Source of the DNA: Octopus bimaculoides
Taxonomy: Eukaryota
Direction: 5' to 3'
Length of the DNA stretch: 41,074 nt
Assembly: GCF_001194135.2 (NCBI RefSeq)
Contig: NC_069005.1
Location: 4,681,255 to 4,722,328 of the forward strand
In this document: positions 1 through 12,660 of the stretch, piece by piece
How the letters are laid out: each line of letters opens with the position of its first letter
How positions within the stretch are numbered: the stretch's first letter is position 1
Program-made: the position numbers and the translations under genes
Notes under the pieces: model-generated
What the model was told of the DNA's origin: nothing
Seen by the model: only the letters and a program-made list of their open reading frames with translations
The model's database searches: none

Positions 1-459
1 TAAACTTATATGTGTGTGTGTGCGCGTGTGTGTATATGATTGTGTGTAATTGTGTGCGTGTGTGTGAAAAATTTGCAGAAAGCAGCTATGCATGTAATAC
101 TCTCATTATTGGCCACGTCTAGACGGAAACAACTATCCGTTCCCATGGTGTAATTCCAAAACTAGTTGATTTTTTGATATTTGCTCCAGTATTTCTTTAT
201 CTGTGCAAGTAAATTAATGTTATCTCCTTTATATTAGATATTCCAATAGACACAATTAGGCTTAGATTGTCTCCAGCTGGACGCCATTATTCAAGGGGGT
301 CTGGATGTGAGTGTGTACTTAGGTACAATGCAAGCGACCATCAGATGTGTACATATGTAATAAGCTGAACTTTCGCTTATCTCTGTTGCCCTTAGAGGTG
401 CACTGTTCGTATTATTGCGTACGTATATCTGTGAATAATTTATGTATGCGTACCTATGT

Positions 460-461
<2 letters not shown>

Positions 462-539
<78 letters not shown>

Positions 540-761
540 NNNNNNNNNNCATATACACATACATATATATATATATATATACATACATATATATATATAT
601 ATATACATATGTACATATACACATACATATATATGTGTATCCATGTATGTATGTTGTATATGTGTCTACGTATAGCCACAAGAGCATAAGAATACGTATG
701 TATGCCGACGCATAACTTACTCCACTATGTGTATGTATATAAGAGTATATATATGCACATA

Positions 762-813
<52 letters not shown>

Positions 814-831
814 GATAGATAGATAGATAGA

Positions 832-895
<64 letters not shown>
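462..895. repeat. Compound (TA)n/(TAGA)n/(TACA)n microsatellite flanking N-gaps
   Basis: Directly visible; representative of dozens of similar tracts across the window. Confidence 0.95.
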
Positions 896-1665
896 NNNNN
901 NNNNNNNNNNNNNNNNNNNNNNNNNNNNNNNNNNNNNNNNNNNNNNNNNNNNNNNNNNNNNNNNNNNNNNNNNNNNNNNNNNNNNNNNNNNNNNNNNNNN
1001 NNNNNNNNNNNNNNNNNNNNNNNNNNNNNNNNNNNNNNNNNNNNNNNNNNNNNNNNNNNNNNNNNNNNNNNNNNNNNNNNNNNNNNNNNNNNNNNNNNNN
1101 NNNNNNNNNNNNNNNNNNNNNNNNNNNNNNNNNNNNNNNNNNNNNNNNNNNNNNNNNNNNNNNNNNNNNNNNNNNNNNNNNNNNNNNNNNNNNNNNNNNN
1201 NNNNNNNNNNNNNNNNNNNNNNNNNNNNNNNNNNNNNNNNNNNNNNNNNNNNNNNNNNNNNNNNNNNNNNNNNNNNNNNNNNNNNNNNNNNNNNNNNNNN
1301 NNNNNNNNNNNNNNNNNNNNNNNNNNNNNNNNNNNNNNNNNNNNNNNNNNNNNNNNNNNNNNNNNNNNNNNNNNNNNNNNNNNNNNNNNNNNNNNNNNNN
1401 NNNNNNNNNNNNNNNNNNNNNNNNNNNNNNNNNNNNNNNNNNNNNNNNNNNNNNNNNNNNNNNNNNNNNNNNNNNNNNNNNNNNNNNNNNNNNNNNNNNN
1501 NNNNNNNNNNNNNNNNNNNNNNNNNNNNNNNNNNNNNNNNNNNNNNNNNNNNNNNNNNNNNNNNNNNNNNNNNNNNNNNNNNNNNNNNNNNNNNNNNNNN
1601 NNNNNNNNNNNNNNNNNNNNNNNNNNNNNNNNNNNNNNNNNNNNNNNNNNNNNNNNNNNNNNNNN

Positions 1666-1698
<33 letters not shown>

Positions 1699-1794
1699 TA
1701 TACATACGCACACGCACACATGTATATGTATATGCACATATATGTGTGTTTGCATGTGTTTGTGTGTGTATTTGTGTATGTGTGTGTATATATG

Positions 1795-1873
<79 letters not shown>

Positions 1874-3219
1874 ATGTATGTATGTATATATATCATGGCA
1901 AATATCGATAACAAAAATCTTGTTTAGTTTGCTGTAGATTCCAGCTAATAGATGCAGATTTTCTTAATTTCCTGAACGTTCCGTGTTCTTCTCACCACTT
2001 TTGCACATAATTAATGAAGGCAAGACATGTACATCTAGTTTTATTGGGTAGGACTTTTTCAATTATTTCACCACATTTCATGCCAATGTTTTCTCAAAAG
2101 GAATGTTAGAACAAAGCCGAATACATTGTCATGCATTCTTTAGTTTTTATATTCTTACATTCCTGGAATACTCAGTAACTGCGTTCTATATCTTACGACA
2201 CCTGGTGCTAATGTGTTATTTTATAATCGGTTTTTACTGTTATATTTATCCTCATCAGTTAATATGTGTGTTATGTGCTTACTAATGGTATTAATTAATT
2301 TTTAGTATTATCGAGCAATAGTTAGAGTTCTTGTTCCTGCTGTTTGATTTTCTACGCTTTTTACTTTTAAGAGCTATACTTGCCAATGTATAAATCTTGA
2401 TTTATATCTGAGAACTAAATTGTGATCAAAAATCATCCCAGCAATGACCTTCTAGCGGCTATTTAAGTAATGTGTTCGTATAAGGATAAATGATTGCATG
2501 TGGTGCTGACGATAAAGCAATAATTTCTGATATACTCATATACACTCATTGCCTATTTTTCCGCCTTCTATCGCATGCTTTATATAGAGGTATTCGTATA
2601 CAAAACGTTGTGTAATCTATTCCCTGTCCAATGTATGTGTCGTTCTAATACTTTACTTCATAGAGTTAAGTTCTCGTTTGAGAAGAAGGAATAACACTAT
2701 GATATATATCGTTTACTAATAATCCATTTATAAGAGATTCTCATAAATATTTGCGCATTTAGATATTCAGATGACGCCTACTTCACAATTAAAATACTCC
2801 GCGAATTTAAAGGATGATAATATCAAATTTAATGAAATTCAATGACACTTTATTAAATATCCTCCTACATCATTTGTTCCATAAGATGAGATATATGCCC
2901 TGCAGACAAAGCAGACATTCTGTTACAGACGTTGTTTAACGTCAAACAAAAGATCTGAACTAGTGAATACTTGCAGACGATTCCACCATTATCTAATTGA
3001 GACATTACTAACTTAAAACTGTCAAGACTATATTATTTTCGGCACATAGTATTTTCTGTACATAGCACATAGTACCATACTCCAAAACACGATCAAGTTA
3101 CTTTCAAAAAGGAAACATTTAATCAACATGTGACAGTTCCCTTCACTATGCTTGTTTTACTAATATGGTGCCTAAGATGCGATGTTCACAAATATTAAGG
3201 ATACCAATATATATATGCT

Positions 3220-3428
3220 GTTGTTGTTTGTTTGTTCCTTCTCGAGCCATGCCTGGTTCATAAGGGCCGGTCCCCGATTTCATTGGCGTATAGGTTCCCC
3301 ATCTGGACGATCCATCGCAGGTGAGCTGCTAGATGCAGGAGGAAAGAGTGAGAGAAAGTTGTGGCGAAGGAGTCAGTAGACGTTCGCCATTACCTTCCGC
3401 CGGAGCCGAACGAAGCATAGGTGTTTCG

Positions 3429-3432
<4 letters not shown>
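3220..3432 (-). mobile_element. SINE family-3-related copy, 5'-truncated, with a different tail ending in (AAC)n
   Basis: Reverse complement shares about 90 nt (tgagcgaaacacct...ggctccg...ccacaacttt.tctcact) with 28741-28830. Confidence 0.7.
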
Positions 3433-3491
<59 letters not shown>

Positions 3492-3600
3492 ATTATATAT
3501 ATGTATGTATGTATGTATATACATATATACATATATATATATGAATATATATATACATACATACATATATATAGATAGATGAAATATATATATATGTATA

Positions 3601-3700
3601 CACGCACACACGCATACACGCACACACGCATACACGCACACACGCATACACGCACACACGCATACACGCACACACGCATACACACGCGCGCGCGCGCGCA
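3601..3700. repeat. 16-bp minisatellite (cacgcacacacgcata)x5 followed by a (CG)n run
   Basis: Directly visible tandem repeat. Confidence 0.9.
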
Positions 3701-3949
3701 CACACACATACAAACACACACGCAAACAAACACAGACGCACACACACATATATGACTATCTATCGTTGTAGATATGTTTCTATGTGGTTTAACGACAGTA
3801 AAAGTATTTTAGTCTTAACTCCTCCCGTACTGTTGACCTGTACAATAGGAGCAGGACGACTTCCATAATCCTGGTTTTGAGCAAACACCTTCATTTTCCC
3901 AGGTGATACAAATTTGCTTCAAATCTTTGAAAGCGGCGTGACATGTCTT

Positions 3950-4146
3950 CTAGCTTCCTCTCTCTCTCTTTCTCTTCGCCTCCTTGGTCGTACCCATTGT
4001 ATAGTTGCTATCTCCTGCTCGGGCATTGGTACTTCTGGCTGTTGCTAAAACATGGTTTGCAACACTCATTATTATTTCCACTGAGGTAAAAATTATAATC
4101 GCCACAGAAACAGCAACTAAATTTGTCAAATAAGAGCAGAGACAAA
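3950..4146 (-). CDS. Candidate terminal exon H (CLCSYLTNLVAVSVAIIIFTSVEIIMSVANHVLATARSTNARAGDSNYTMGTTKEAKRKRERGS*), containing a possible TM segment
   Basis: Strong acceptor acatttctttttttcag|. An alternative frame ends at 4008. A competing plus-strand exon-like signal (4005-4085) overlaps it. Confidence 0.3.
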
Positions 4147-4668
4147 CTGAAAAAAGAAATGTCAGCAAGAATTAAGTAAGAAAATACGGAAAGCCAAAAA
4201 ACTATAAGCGTCATATTTATGAATAGTATTTCAATAAAGTAACATTGCTAATAGGAGTAAACCGACAGTAAAATAAGGCTGCAAAGTAATAGACTGCAGA
4301 TTCAACGGAATTAAGGAAGCAGTACGTATAAAAAATATAGAGTAGATGGTAGTTAAATGGGTAGATAGATTGTGGGCTTAAATAATAGTCTTTATATAGA
4401 AACTAAAGTAAAATCGGTCATATGTTTTCAATACAAAATTTAGATTTAAGAAGAAGCAATGCCGGCGCACAATGGCCGTGTGATAAAGAAACGTTGGATG
4501 AAATATATGTAAATATGTATCAACACATACACACAGACACATATATAAAGATATACATACATAGATATGTGTGTATGTGTAAATAAATAAATAAATATAT
4601 ATATNNNNNNNNNNNNNNNNNNNNNNNNNNTATATATATATATATATATACATATACATGTATGCATT

Positions 4669-4701
<33 letters not shown>

Positions 4702-4959
4702 TTTATATTTAAATGTATGCTTTTGTATTTATATATATGTATGTATGTGCATGTTTACATATAGGTAAAATATTACTATATATATAGAGAGAGAGACAGA
4801 CAGAGACAGAGACAGAGAGATAAATATGTATGTACTTATGTAGATATGCATGTATATAAAGACATATACACATATAGTCATGAATACTGCGCACACATAT
4901 ATATATGCCAGCGTTCGTGTGCGTATATATGTATATATATGTTATAAAATAACAACAAA

Positions 4960-5078
4960 GATGATGATGATGATCATCATCATCATCGTCATCATCATCA
5001 TCATCATCTACGTCGTCGTCGCCGTCATCGTCATCATCAGCATCAACAGCAATAGCAGCAGCAACATCATGAACATCG

Positions 5079-5116
<38 letters not shown>

Positions 5117-5142
5117 GTCATCATCATCATCATCATCATCAT
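4960..5142. repeat. (CAT)n compound trinucleotide microsatellite
   Basis: Directly visible. Confidence 0.9.
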
Positions 5143-5459
5143 TCTGAAAGTCAAGCAGAGTAAATGGATGATAGAGGCCAGATTTATGAAAGCAATCAGT
5201 TCAAAGCTAAAGAACTGGTGATAGTTTCTGTTCCAAATGTTTCTAAGATTGTCGAGTTTTTGATTGGCTGAGACACGGCACTCATTTTACATGAAAATTG
5301 AAGCAGGGAAGGTGAGAAAAACAATTTACCTGTCAGAGACGCATTTCACACACCGCTCCCTGCAAATCTTCTCAAGTAATTGAAAATTTAATAAACGTCT
5401 ATTGTGACAGATTTCACAAATGTGTAGGTGTGTATGTATATTTACATACATACATATGC

Positions 5460-5504
<45 letters not shown>

Positions 5505-5835
5505 CAAATATACATATATACATATGTACATATATATATTTCTGTGTATGTATATATCTATACTTACTTGTATATATGTAATATATATACATGTGTGTAT
5601 ATACAATAATACACACATAAATATATATGTACATAACTATATAGGCATGTGGACTTTCACGTATGTATATTTGTATTCATACTAACAAGTATTTATGCAT
5701 ATATGCGTGTGTCTGTGTATGTGTGTATGTGTGTATATGTGTGTTAAAGTGCATACATATTTATCACTAATTATGTATATACATATGTAAACATTTATGG
5801 GTGTGTGTGTATAATACACACATATACCCACAGGC

Positions 5836-5914
<79 letters not shown>

Positions 5915-5946
5915 CATACATATATACATACATACAAAGCATATAC

Positions 5947-6026
5947 GGTCTCGGAAATGAAGGTATAGACATCTCTGTTGCCAAGTTTGGAATCGTTGAG
6001 CTGCAGGTAGACCAGATTCCAGAATC
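5947..6026 (-). CDS. Candidate exon G (80 nt); all three frames open (e.g. ILESGLPAAQRFQTWQQRCLYLHFRD, DSGIWSTCSSTIPNLATEMSIPSFPR)
   Basis: Acceptor aaatccttacag| and a weaker donor |gtatat. GC island between microsatellite and AT-rich DNA. Confidence 0.33.
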
Positions 6027-6459
6027 CTGTAAGGATTTGTTGTTTATACAAAAAATAATACGGCAAATAACAAATCCCCACTGGACCCAAAAAACAAAAG
6101 TCTTAACTTACAGTTGAGCTTCACTTAATTAGCCACACTGGAAACCAGCGTGGCTACTTCTTTCAGCGCTAAGAAAAACACTCACATGCGCAGTGAGAAG
6201 CGAGCTTCTTACCATACAGCCACGCGCAATCATTTGTTTAACTTGTTAGTTAAACTGTCACACGTTTGTTTGTTTTTTTTGATTTTGTTTATTTTATCGT
6301 CAAAGTCCTTTCGTTGTCATGCGCAACATTTTCAGTGTTTCTGTCTTAGTCCGTTATGGGAGTTGCGTTTGTCTGCCTGAGACCGTGTTGTTTGTCTGTG
6401 TGTCTTTATCTCCTATTCTTTCGTCTATATTTACGTAATAATTCTTTCTGCAATAGATG

Positions 6460-6620
6460 CAGGGCCTTGAAAATTTGTGCTACGGAACAACACGATTACA
6501 TCAACCCCTGAGCTGAACCTGTAATCATTTAATCGACCCATAAATGCGGAAATTCAGGGTTGACCTCGGTGGCATTTGATCTCAAAACGTAATACCGAAG
6601 AAATGCTAACGATTTTCCCA
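6460..6620 (-). mobile_element. SINE family-1 fragment, inverted and diverged
   Basis: atttaatcgaccc...ggttgacctcggtggcatttgatctcaaaacgtaa...tgctaacgatt. Confidence 0.55.
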
Positions 6621-7596
6621 TCTCCCCGATTTTACTATATACTTACATAGTAATAACTGCTAAAAATTCTAAATTAGAACTGTAATTATGTAATCAACCA
6701 TTTGATAGACTAAAGTAATGACATACACGCAAGATGCAAGAGGAAATACAGGTGTCAATATTAAGATAATATATTAATTTATTGCAAACACGACGACGTG
6801 TTCCATTTGCTCACGTCTTTCAATCCAGTGACACACATTGAAATAAACCAAACACATACACACACGTACGCACGCACACACACACTCACAAACACACGCA
6901 TACACACACTTGCGGACGCATACGCATGCACACTTACAGAGAAGCACACAAGCACACTGCAGAGATTGTGTATTATTCTTGCTATATCCACAACGCTCGC
7001 ATTAGATCAAAATTCCAATTGATCTTTTTTGACTTCATATTTTGCTCATTAAATCTCTTAATGAAGTAGGAAGGCTAATGAGAAATTGCCAACTTTGATA
7101 GTTTCGTCGATATGACCGTTCTAACCGCAGCAAAAGACTTAAAGCATATTACATGCATTAAAGCCATATTGAAGCCAAATTTCACATTTGATGTCCGTGA
7201 AAAGATGTGTTTTTATGTTATTTTCTAATTATTCATTAATTGTTTGTCTTTGGATTTGGTTTAATTTATTGTGTTATAGAATTCTATTTATTAATTTCTT
7301 TTTTATCGCAGTATATTATTTTGCCTTTACAGTATTTTTAGCGTTTTGTTGTTTCTGAAGAGATGAGTGGGAATATGGCGGGTTGTTATAAGTTTTTAAG
7401 GAGTGTATCGCTTGCTGTTTAGTGGCGAACCACGTGGAAAGCCATGTTCATTCACACACATATATGTAAATATATTCACTGAGGCATGCATCGAGAAATA
7501 TGCTAGCAAATTTAGAGACAACCCATGCACACACAGACAGATACGAATTTGTTTGCGTCTCCCTCTCTCTCCTTCTATCTGTATATGCCAATATAA

Positions 7597-7670
<74 letters not shown>

Positions 7671-9025
7671 GATGGATGGATAGATAGATGATGGATGGAT
7701 AGATGGGTGGACAAATAGACAACCAGATAGGTAGATAGATAGATAGATAGATACACAATCTTATATACATATACATGTACATATATACATATGTAAGTAA
7801 ATGTATGTAAATAGATGTATGCATCTATTTTTTGTGTATATATCAATGTGTCTGCTTCTATGTATGTATGTGTGTATGTATGTATGTATGTATGTATGTA
7901 TGTATGTATGTATGTATGTGTGTGCGTGTGTTTCTTGGTATTACGATATTCGAGATGATTAGTTATTATAATAAATAATTACTCCTTTCAAATAGCTCTA
8001 TGTTTTATTAATGAAATTTGATTGCGTTGTCGTAATTTAGTTTGTACATGTATATACGCACACACAATCAAACTTACACACACACATACAGACGCGCACA
8101 CTCTCATACACATGTATATATGTATGCATTGTGTATTATTTATATAAATACATATATATATATATATATATATANNNNNNNNNNNNNNNNNNNNNNNNNN
8201 NNNNNNNNNNNNNNNNNNNNNNNNNNNNNNNNNNNNNNNNNNNNNNNNNNNNNNNNNNNNNNNNNNNNNNNNNNNNNNNNNNNNNNNNNNNNNNNNNNNN
8301 NNNNNNNNNNNNNNNNNNNNNNNNNNNNNNNNNNNNNNNNNNNNNNNNNNNNNNNNNNNNNNNNNNNNNNNNNNNNNNNNNNNNNNNNNNNNNNNNNNNN
8401 NNNNNNNNNNNNNNNNNNNNNNNNNNNNTATGTATGTATATATATATATATATTTGTATATTTATGTATATATATATATTAGTTGGCTAGAACACACGTA
8501 CACATGTGTGTGTGAATGGTGTACGTGTGTGCACTGGTATGTGCAGTTGATATCTACGGCTTACATTTAGTGAACTGAAACCGTTAAACTCAACGGCTGG
8601 CTCACCCTCTTACTTTGTATAATTATACAATCCACATATATCAAGGACGACTGGGCTCATAGACAATGAATGGAATTATAATCACTCAGTTTAAAACAAC
8701 ACGCACTATGATTTTCTTACGCAATGAATTGCTGTTTATGAGACATCTTTCAAAACAGTTCCCTGCAGTTTTTGCAGAAAATTATCACGTTTTGCTATAC
8801 TTGGATATGGTCATTGTTTTACTTGCATAATAAACACACGCGCTGTATATTCGTTCTTCACTTCAGATTTTGTTGTTTCGGCACCCCCGGACGATGAAGT
8901 AGGCTAGCCCAGTACGTAGATATAGAGGGAGAAGTCTAGACGTCTGGGTAGTTGAATAGAGGCCATCCGAACGTGTGATATAACAGATTTATTATTGTTT
9001 CTGTTTTTTTTATTTCATGTCCTTT

Positions 9026-9069
9026 GTCTAGAAAACTTTCGTCACACATTCTGTGACATCTTCAGCGAC
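9026..9069 (-). ncRNA. Hammerhead ribozyme-like motif (degenerate stems I and III)
   Basis: Minus strand reads GTC-G-CTGAAGA-T-GTCACA(gaatg)TGTGAC-GAAA-G(tttt)C-TA-GAC. The CUGANGA/GAAA core is canonical with a 6-bp stem II; stem I is short and bulged. Confidence 0.5.
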
Positions 9070-9919
9070 TCTCCACCTCAGGTCTACTGTCTTTCTATGG
9101 TGTATATCCTTATCTGCGTACCTTATCTGGTGTATATCTTTATCTGCGCGTGCTTTTGCCGTTTACTTCGGCTGCCAAATGCTGGCTGCAAATTTCAGCA
9201 AATTGGCGCCTATTTTATGAACTTCCAAATGATGAATGGTAAAAGTTGCCCTCCGTGGAATATAAACTCACAACGAAAAACCGGAAAAAATGTTAAGCAT
9301 TTTGTTCTCCCTGCTAACGAAGCTGCAATTGCGCCATCTTCAACAGGGTGCAAACGTTGCTATCAGCTAGTGTAGATTTTGTTGGTGTGTTCAATAGAAG
9401 GATATCCAACTGTGCGTTGTGAACCATTTTGGTTGGTAGTATTTCACGCTATTTCTCTATATAATTCATCAATTCACCATTGTATTTTCATAAGCTTCTG
9501 AGAACAGGAATTTATGGTGGTCACGCAATTGGCTGATATTATTGGTGTTGCTGTTGCCGTAACTGATTCTATTTTTCTGCAAGTTATGGTCGCATCTGTT
9601 GTTATGTTTGAGTGATTTACCACTGTTGTTTCTCGTTTCTTTATACATTTTCCAAAGAGGCGGTTTTAGTTGTTGCTCTTCTGGTGTTTATGACGCTTTT
9701 GTTGTCGTCGTCGTCTTTTCTTCTTCTTCTTCTTCTCCTTCTCCTCCTCCTCCTTCTCCCTCTCCTTCTCCTCCTTCTCCTTCTGCTATTGATAATGTTA
9801 TTGTTGAGGAATTGTCTTGGTCGTGGAACGCAGACGGTTGATGATTCCGTTAGTATCTTCCAAACACTTTCACCGCAACTATTGTTGACTTATATCAGCC
9901 GGTTCTTCACTTATGCTAT

Positions 9920-10000
<81 letters not shown>

Positions 10001-10269
10001 GTCTCTCTCTCTCTCTCTCACTTTCTCTCTCTTTGTTTATGCTTTGGCAACGTTTTTGCTGTCGACGAATAAATTGAATCAACACATTCTTTTTGCTTCT
10101 TAGTAAACTTGCAAAACATCAGCCGCACGTTCATGGGCGAAATAATTAGATTATGACGTCACAAAAGAAAAGTATCAAACATTTCAAACAAAATACAATA
10201 GTGCAAAAAAGCAAAACAGAAAAGTAAAAATAAATAAATAAATTGGAGAATAAACAGAAGAAAATCAAG

Positions 10270-10665
10270 GTGGATGGATAGAGGGGCCGCATAATCAAGA
10301 ACGAATGGTGTGCGCAGCTATGCACCTCAGTCGTGACCCCGATGGTGTTGCCGCGGTGAATGGTCAGCGACACTCACTACAGTAGCAACTCCACCTCGCC
10401 GAGTTCGTTTCTGAGACGCGCCCCGTTATCTCGATCTTGCGAAAATGCAGTGTTCCAGAATACCAGACATCTCAACGACGACCGACACAAACTGATAGCA
10501 GCCAGTCGGACCCTTAATTTATTGATTTATCCACATCTTCTGCGTTAGGGGTGGTGATACCCGGGTGCGCAGCCGATGCAACAAGAATGCAGCGAGAGGA
10601 CGTGTCGCAGCATGTCGCGTCCCAGATTAAGGATTTGCTTTCCTTGTACCGTCATGCGCTTAATT
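10270..10665 (-). mobile_element. Decayed 3' fragment of a CRE-like non-LTR retrotransposon (restriction-like endonuclease domain)
   Basis: Conceptual translation with stops and frameshifts gives KSLIWDATCCDT...YQFVSVVVEMSG...VSLTIHRGNT. This matches the LxWDATC.DT, FVP.AVET.G and SLAIQRGNA motifs typical of CRE-clade RLE domains. Confidence 0.7.
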
Positions 10666-10698
10666 CTGTAGTTTGCTTCAACATAGCATAAAGGATAA

Positions 10699-10810
10699 TA
10701 CAGTTCTATATTTAAGTGATGAGGAATTATGTACATTTGCCGGATATTTCTCCTCATCTTGTTTTTTGTTAACACAACGTTTCGGTCGATAAACCCTTCA
10801 ACCTTCATCA
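10699..10810 (-). mobile_element. Penelope-like pLTR fragment copy A with 5'-truncated hammerhead
   Basis: Minus strand reads (a)TGATGA-A-GGTTG(aagggtttat)CGACC-GAAA-CGTT-GTGTT; C3 and the 5' strand of stem I are missing. Homologous to 11040-11136 and 11273-11369. Confidence 0.6.
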
Positions 10811-10854
10811 TACGAGCATGTGGCGTAGTGGTTCGATTCCAGGTAGTGACCTAA

Positions 10855-10860
10855 ATAATG

Positions 10861-10923
<63 letters not shown>

Positions 10924-10927
10924 TTAA

Positions 10928-10988
<61 letters not shown>
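10855..10988. repeat. (AAT)n microsatellite
   Basis: Directly visible; abuts pLTR copy B. Confidence 0.95.
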
Positions 10989-10989
<1 letters not shown>

Positions 10990-10990
10990 T

Positions 10991-11136
10991 CATCGAAAAA
11001 ATAACTTACGAACGATAAACCCAGATTTGAAATTTCCCCAAGAAGGGTAAATCAGCTGAAACGTTTTGTTACCAACAGACAAGATGAGGACAAATATCCG
11101 TCGAATGTAAATAATGTAAATAATGTATAGCATAAT
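10991..11136 (+). mobile_element. Penelope-like pLTR fragment copy B (inverted), hammerhead CUGAUGA deleted
   Basis: Reverse-complement match to copies A and C (gaaacgtt..gtt..caac..acaagatgaggacaaatatccgtc.aatgtaaataatgta), preceded by (AAT)n. Confidence 0.6.
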
Positions 11137-11272
11137 GGAAGAAATACATAGAAGAAATATAACGAAGAAATATATAATAGAAAAAATTGAACAAAATGCA
11201 AAATATGAAAGATACGTCATTTTCACTTACAATGTTGAAAAATTCTGAGCGAAATGACGTCATAATAGATCA

Positions 11273-11369
11273 TACAGTTCTATATTTGGGAGATGGGGAA
11301 TTATGTACATTATTTACATTATTTACATTTGACGGATATTTGCCCTCATCTTGTTTGTTGTTAACACAA
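11273..11369 (-). mobile_element. Penelope-like pLTR fragment copy C
   Basis: Diverged direct repeat of 10699-10780 (tacagttctatattt...gaattatgtacatt...cggatattt..cctcatcttgttt.ttgttaacacaa). Confidence 0.6.
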
Positions 11370-11371
11370 GT

Positions 11372-11590
11372 AACCTGTTCACTTTCCTTTCTGGGTATGT
11401 ATAGTTTTGCTACTCCTACTCTTGGGTGAAGTCATCTATTCATATGGAAAACCATGCTAGCCCTTCTCTCAAGATTTTCTAATTCAGATATTGTATAATC
11501 TACACAAGCTCCTGAATATCCAAGTAACCATATTGCCCAATTATTTGCACTAATCACAAGATGCCTCTCCCCATCCATTCACCTATTCAC
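11372..11590 (-). mobile_element. Decayed R4/Dong-clade non-LTR retrotransposon fragment (post-RT region)
   Basis: Translation NNWAIWLLGYSGACVDYTISELENLERRASMVFHMNR*LHPRVGVAKLYIPRKE resembles the INTWA...YS...W...EL..LDRK...LHP.ADV.RLY.PRKEGGRGL motif. Confidence 0.65.
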
Positions 11591-12660
11591 AATTAATCTT
11601 ATGTAAACTGAGTTAGAATAAAGAACATGGAGTGATTACATACGACCACAGTAACGATGTCTACGTTGAATTGTGACAAGAACAAGAAGGCATGACAATT
11701 TAGCCTGTCAGGTTTACCTCGGACTATCTAACCCGAATCATCATAAGTAGTTACTTCCCCTTGTCCAGACTTATTTTCTTGCTTTATTTATCATATATTG
11801 TGGGGTTAATTATAACCTGTTTATAGACGAACTTTGCTTATTATTTTTGCTGCTAACCTTACTTTACGGAAATACAATGCTGCATTTTTTTTCGATTGCT
11901 TTGTAGTTAGCATTACTACGAGATTCTTACCTGTCGATTTGCTAGCGACACGGGGGTTAAAAGACCAAATTTAAATTGGTTATGTATTTAGAAACAAATA
12001 CTGCATTTAACATGAAATATATTTAGTTTATATACAATAGTCATAGAAAGAAATGAGACAATTATTAACAATATTATTATTTTCAGTTTTAGAAAAGCAG
12101 ATGCTTTATTACAGGTTTTGTTAGATAATCTTTAATTGGCCAATTTATTAAAACCAATTTATTGAATTTCAGTTCGTATTTTGCAGTGAATTTCCAAATA
12201 TTTTAATTAAAAACGTTTTATCATTTGTTTGAAATCAGACGTTGCGTAATTTTTTTGATATTAGACTCTGCGTAAATTTCTTCGGATATTACGTTGTGAC
12301 TTCAAATGCCACTGTTGTGATTTCAAAAGTCAGGTGTTCGATGACGCATTAAATATAGTATATATAATTGCTCGTATTAAATGACTAAATACTTAATGAT
12401 ATCAATACTTTGACATTTATATACAAAGAGCACCCATTATAAAATTCACTATATCTTANNNNNNNNNNNNNNNNNNNNNNNNNNNNNNNNNNNNNNNNNN
12501 NNNNNNNNNNNNNNNNNNNNNNNNNNNNNNNNNNNNNNNNNNNNNNNNNNNNNNNNNNNNNNNNNNNNNNNNNNNNNNNNNNNNNNNNNNNNNNNNNNNN
12601 NNNNNNNNNNNNNNNNNNNNNNNNNNNNNNNNNNNNNNNNNNNNNNNNNNNNNNNNNNNN

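Noticed and set aside
347-1937. Long ORFs ([14 protein letters not shown]) here and throughout the ORF track
   Set aside because: They are translations of (TA)n/(CA)n/(TACA)n microsatellites and N-gaps, which lack stops for trivial reasons.
4005-4085. Plus-strand exon-like segment with polypyrimidine tract and gtaaaa donor
   Set aside because: It overlaps the minus-strand candidate, the pyrimidine tract is a (CT)n microsatellite, and there are no supporting partner exons.
11931-12000. Minus-strand AG...GTAAGA exon-like segment
   Set aside because: Stops in all three frames.
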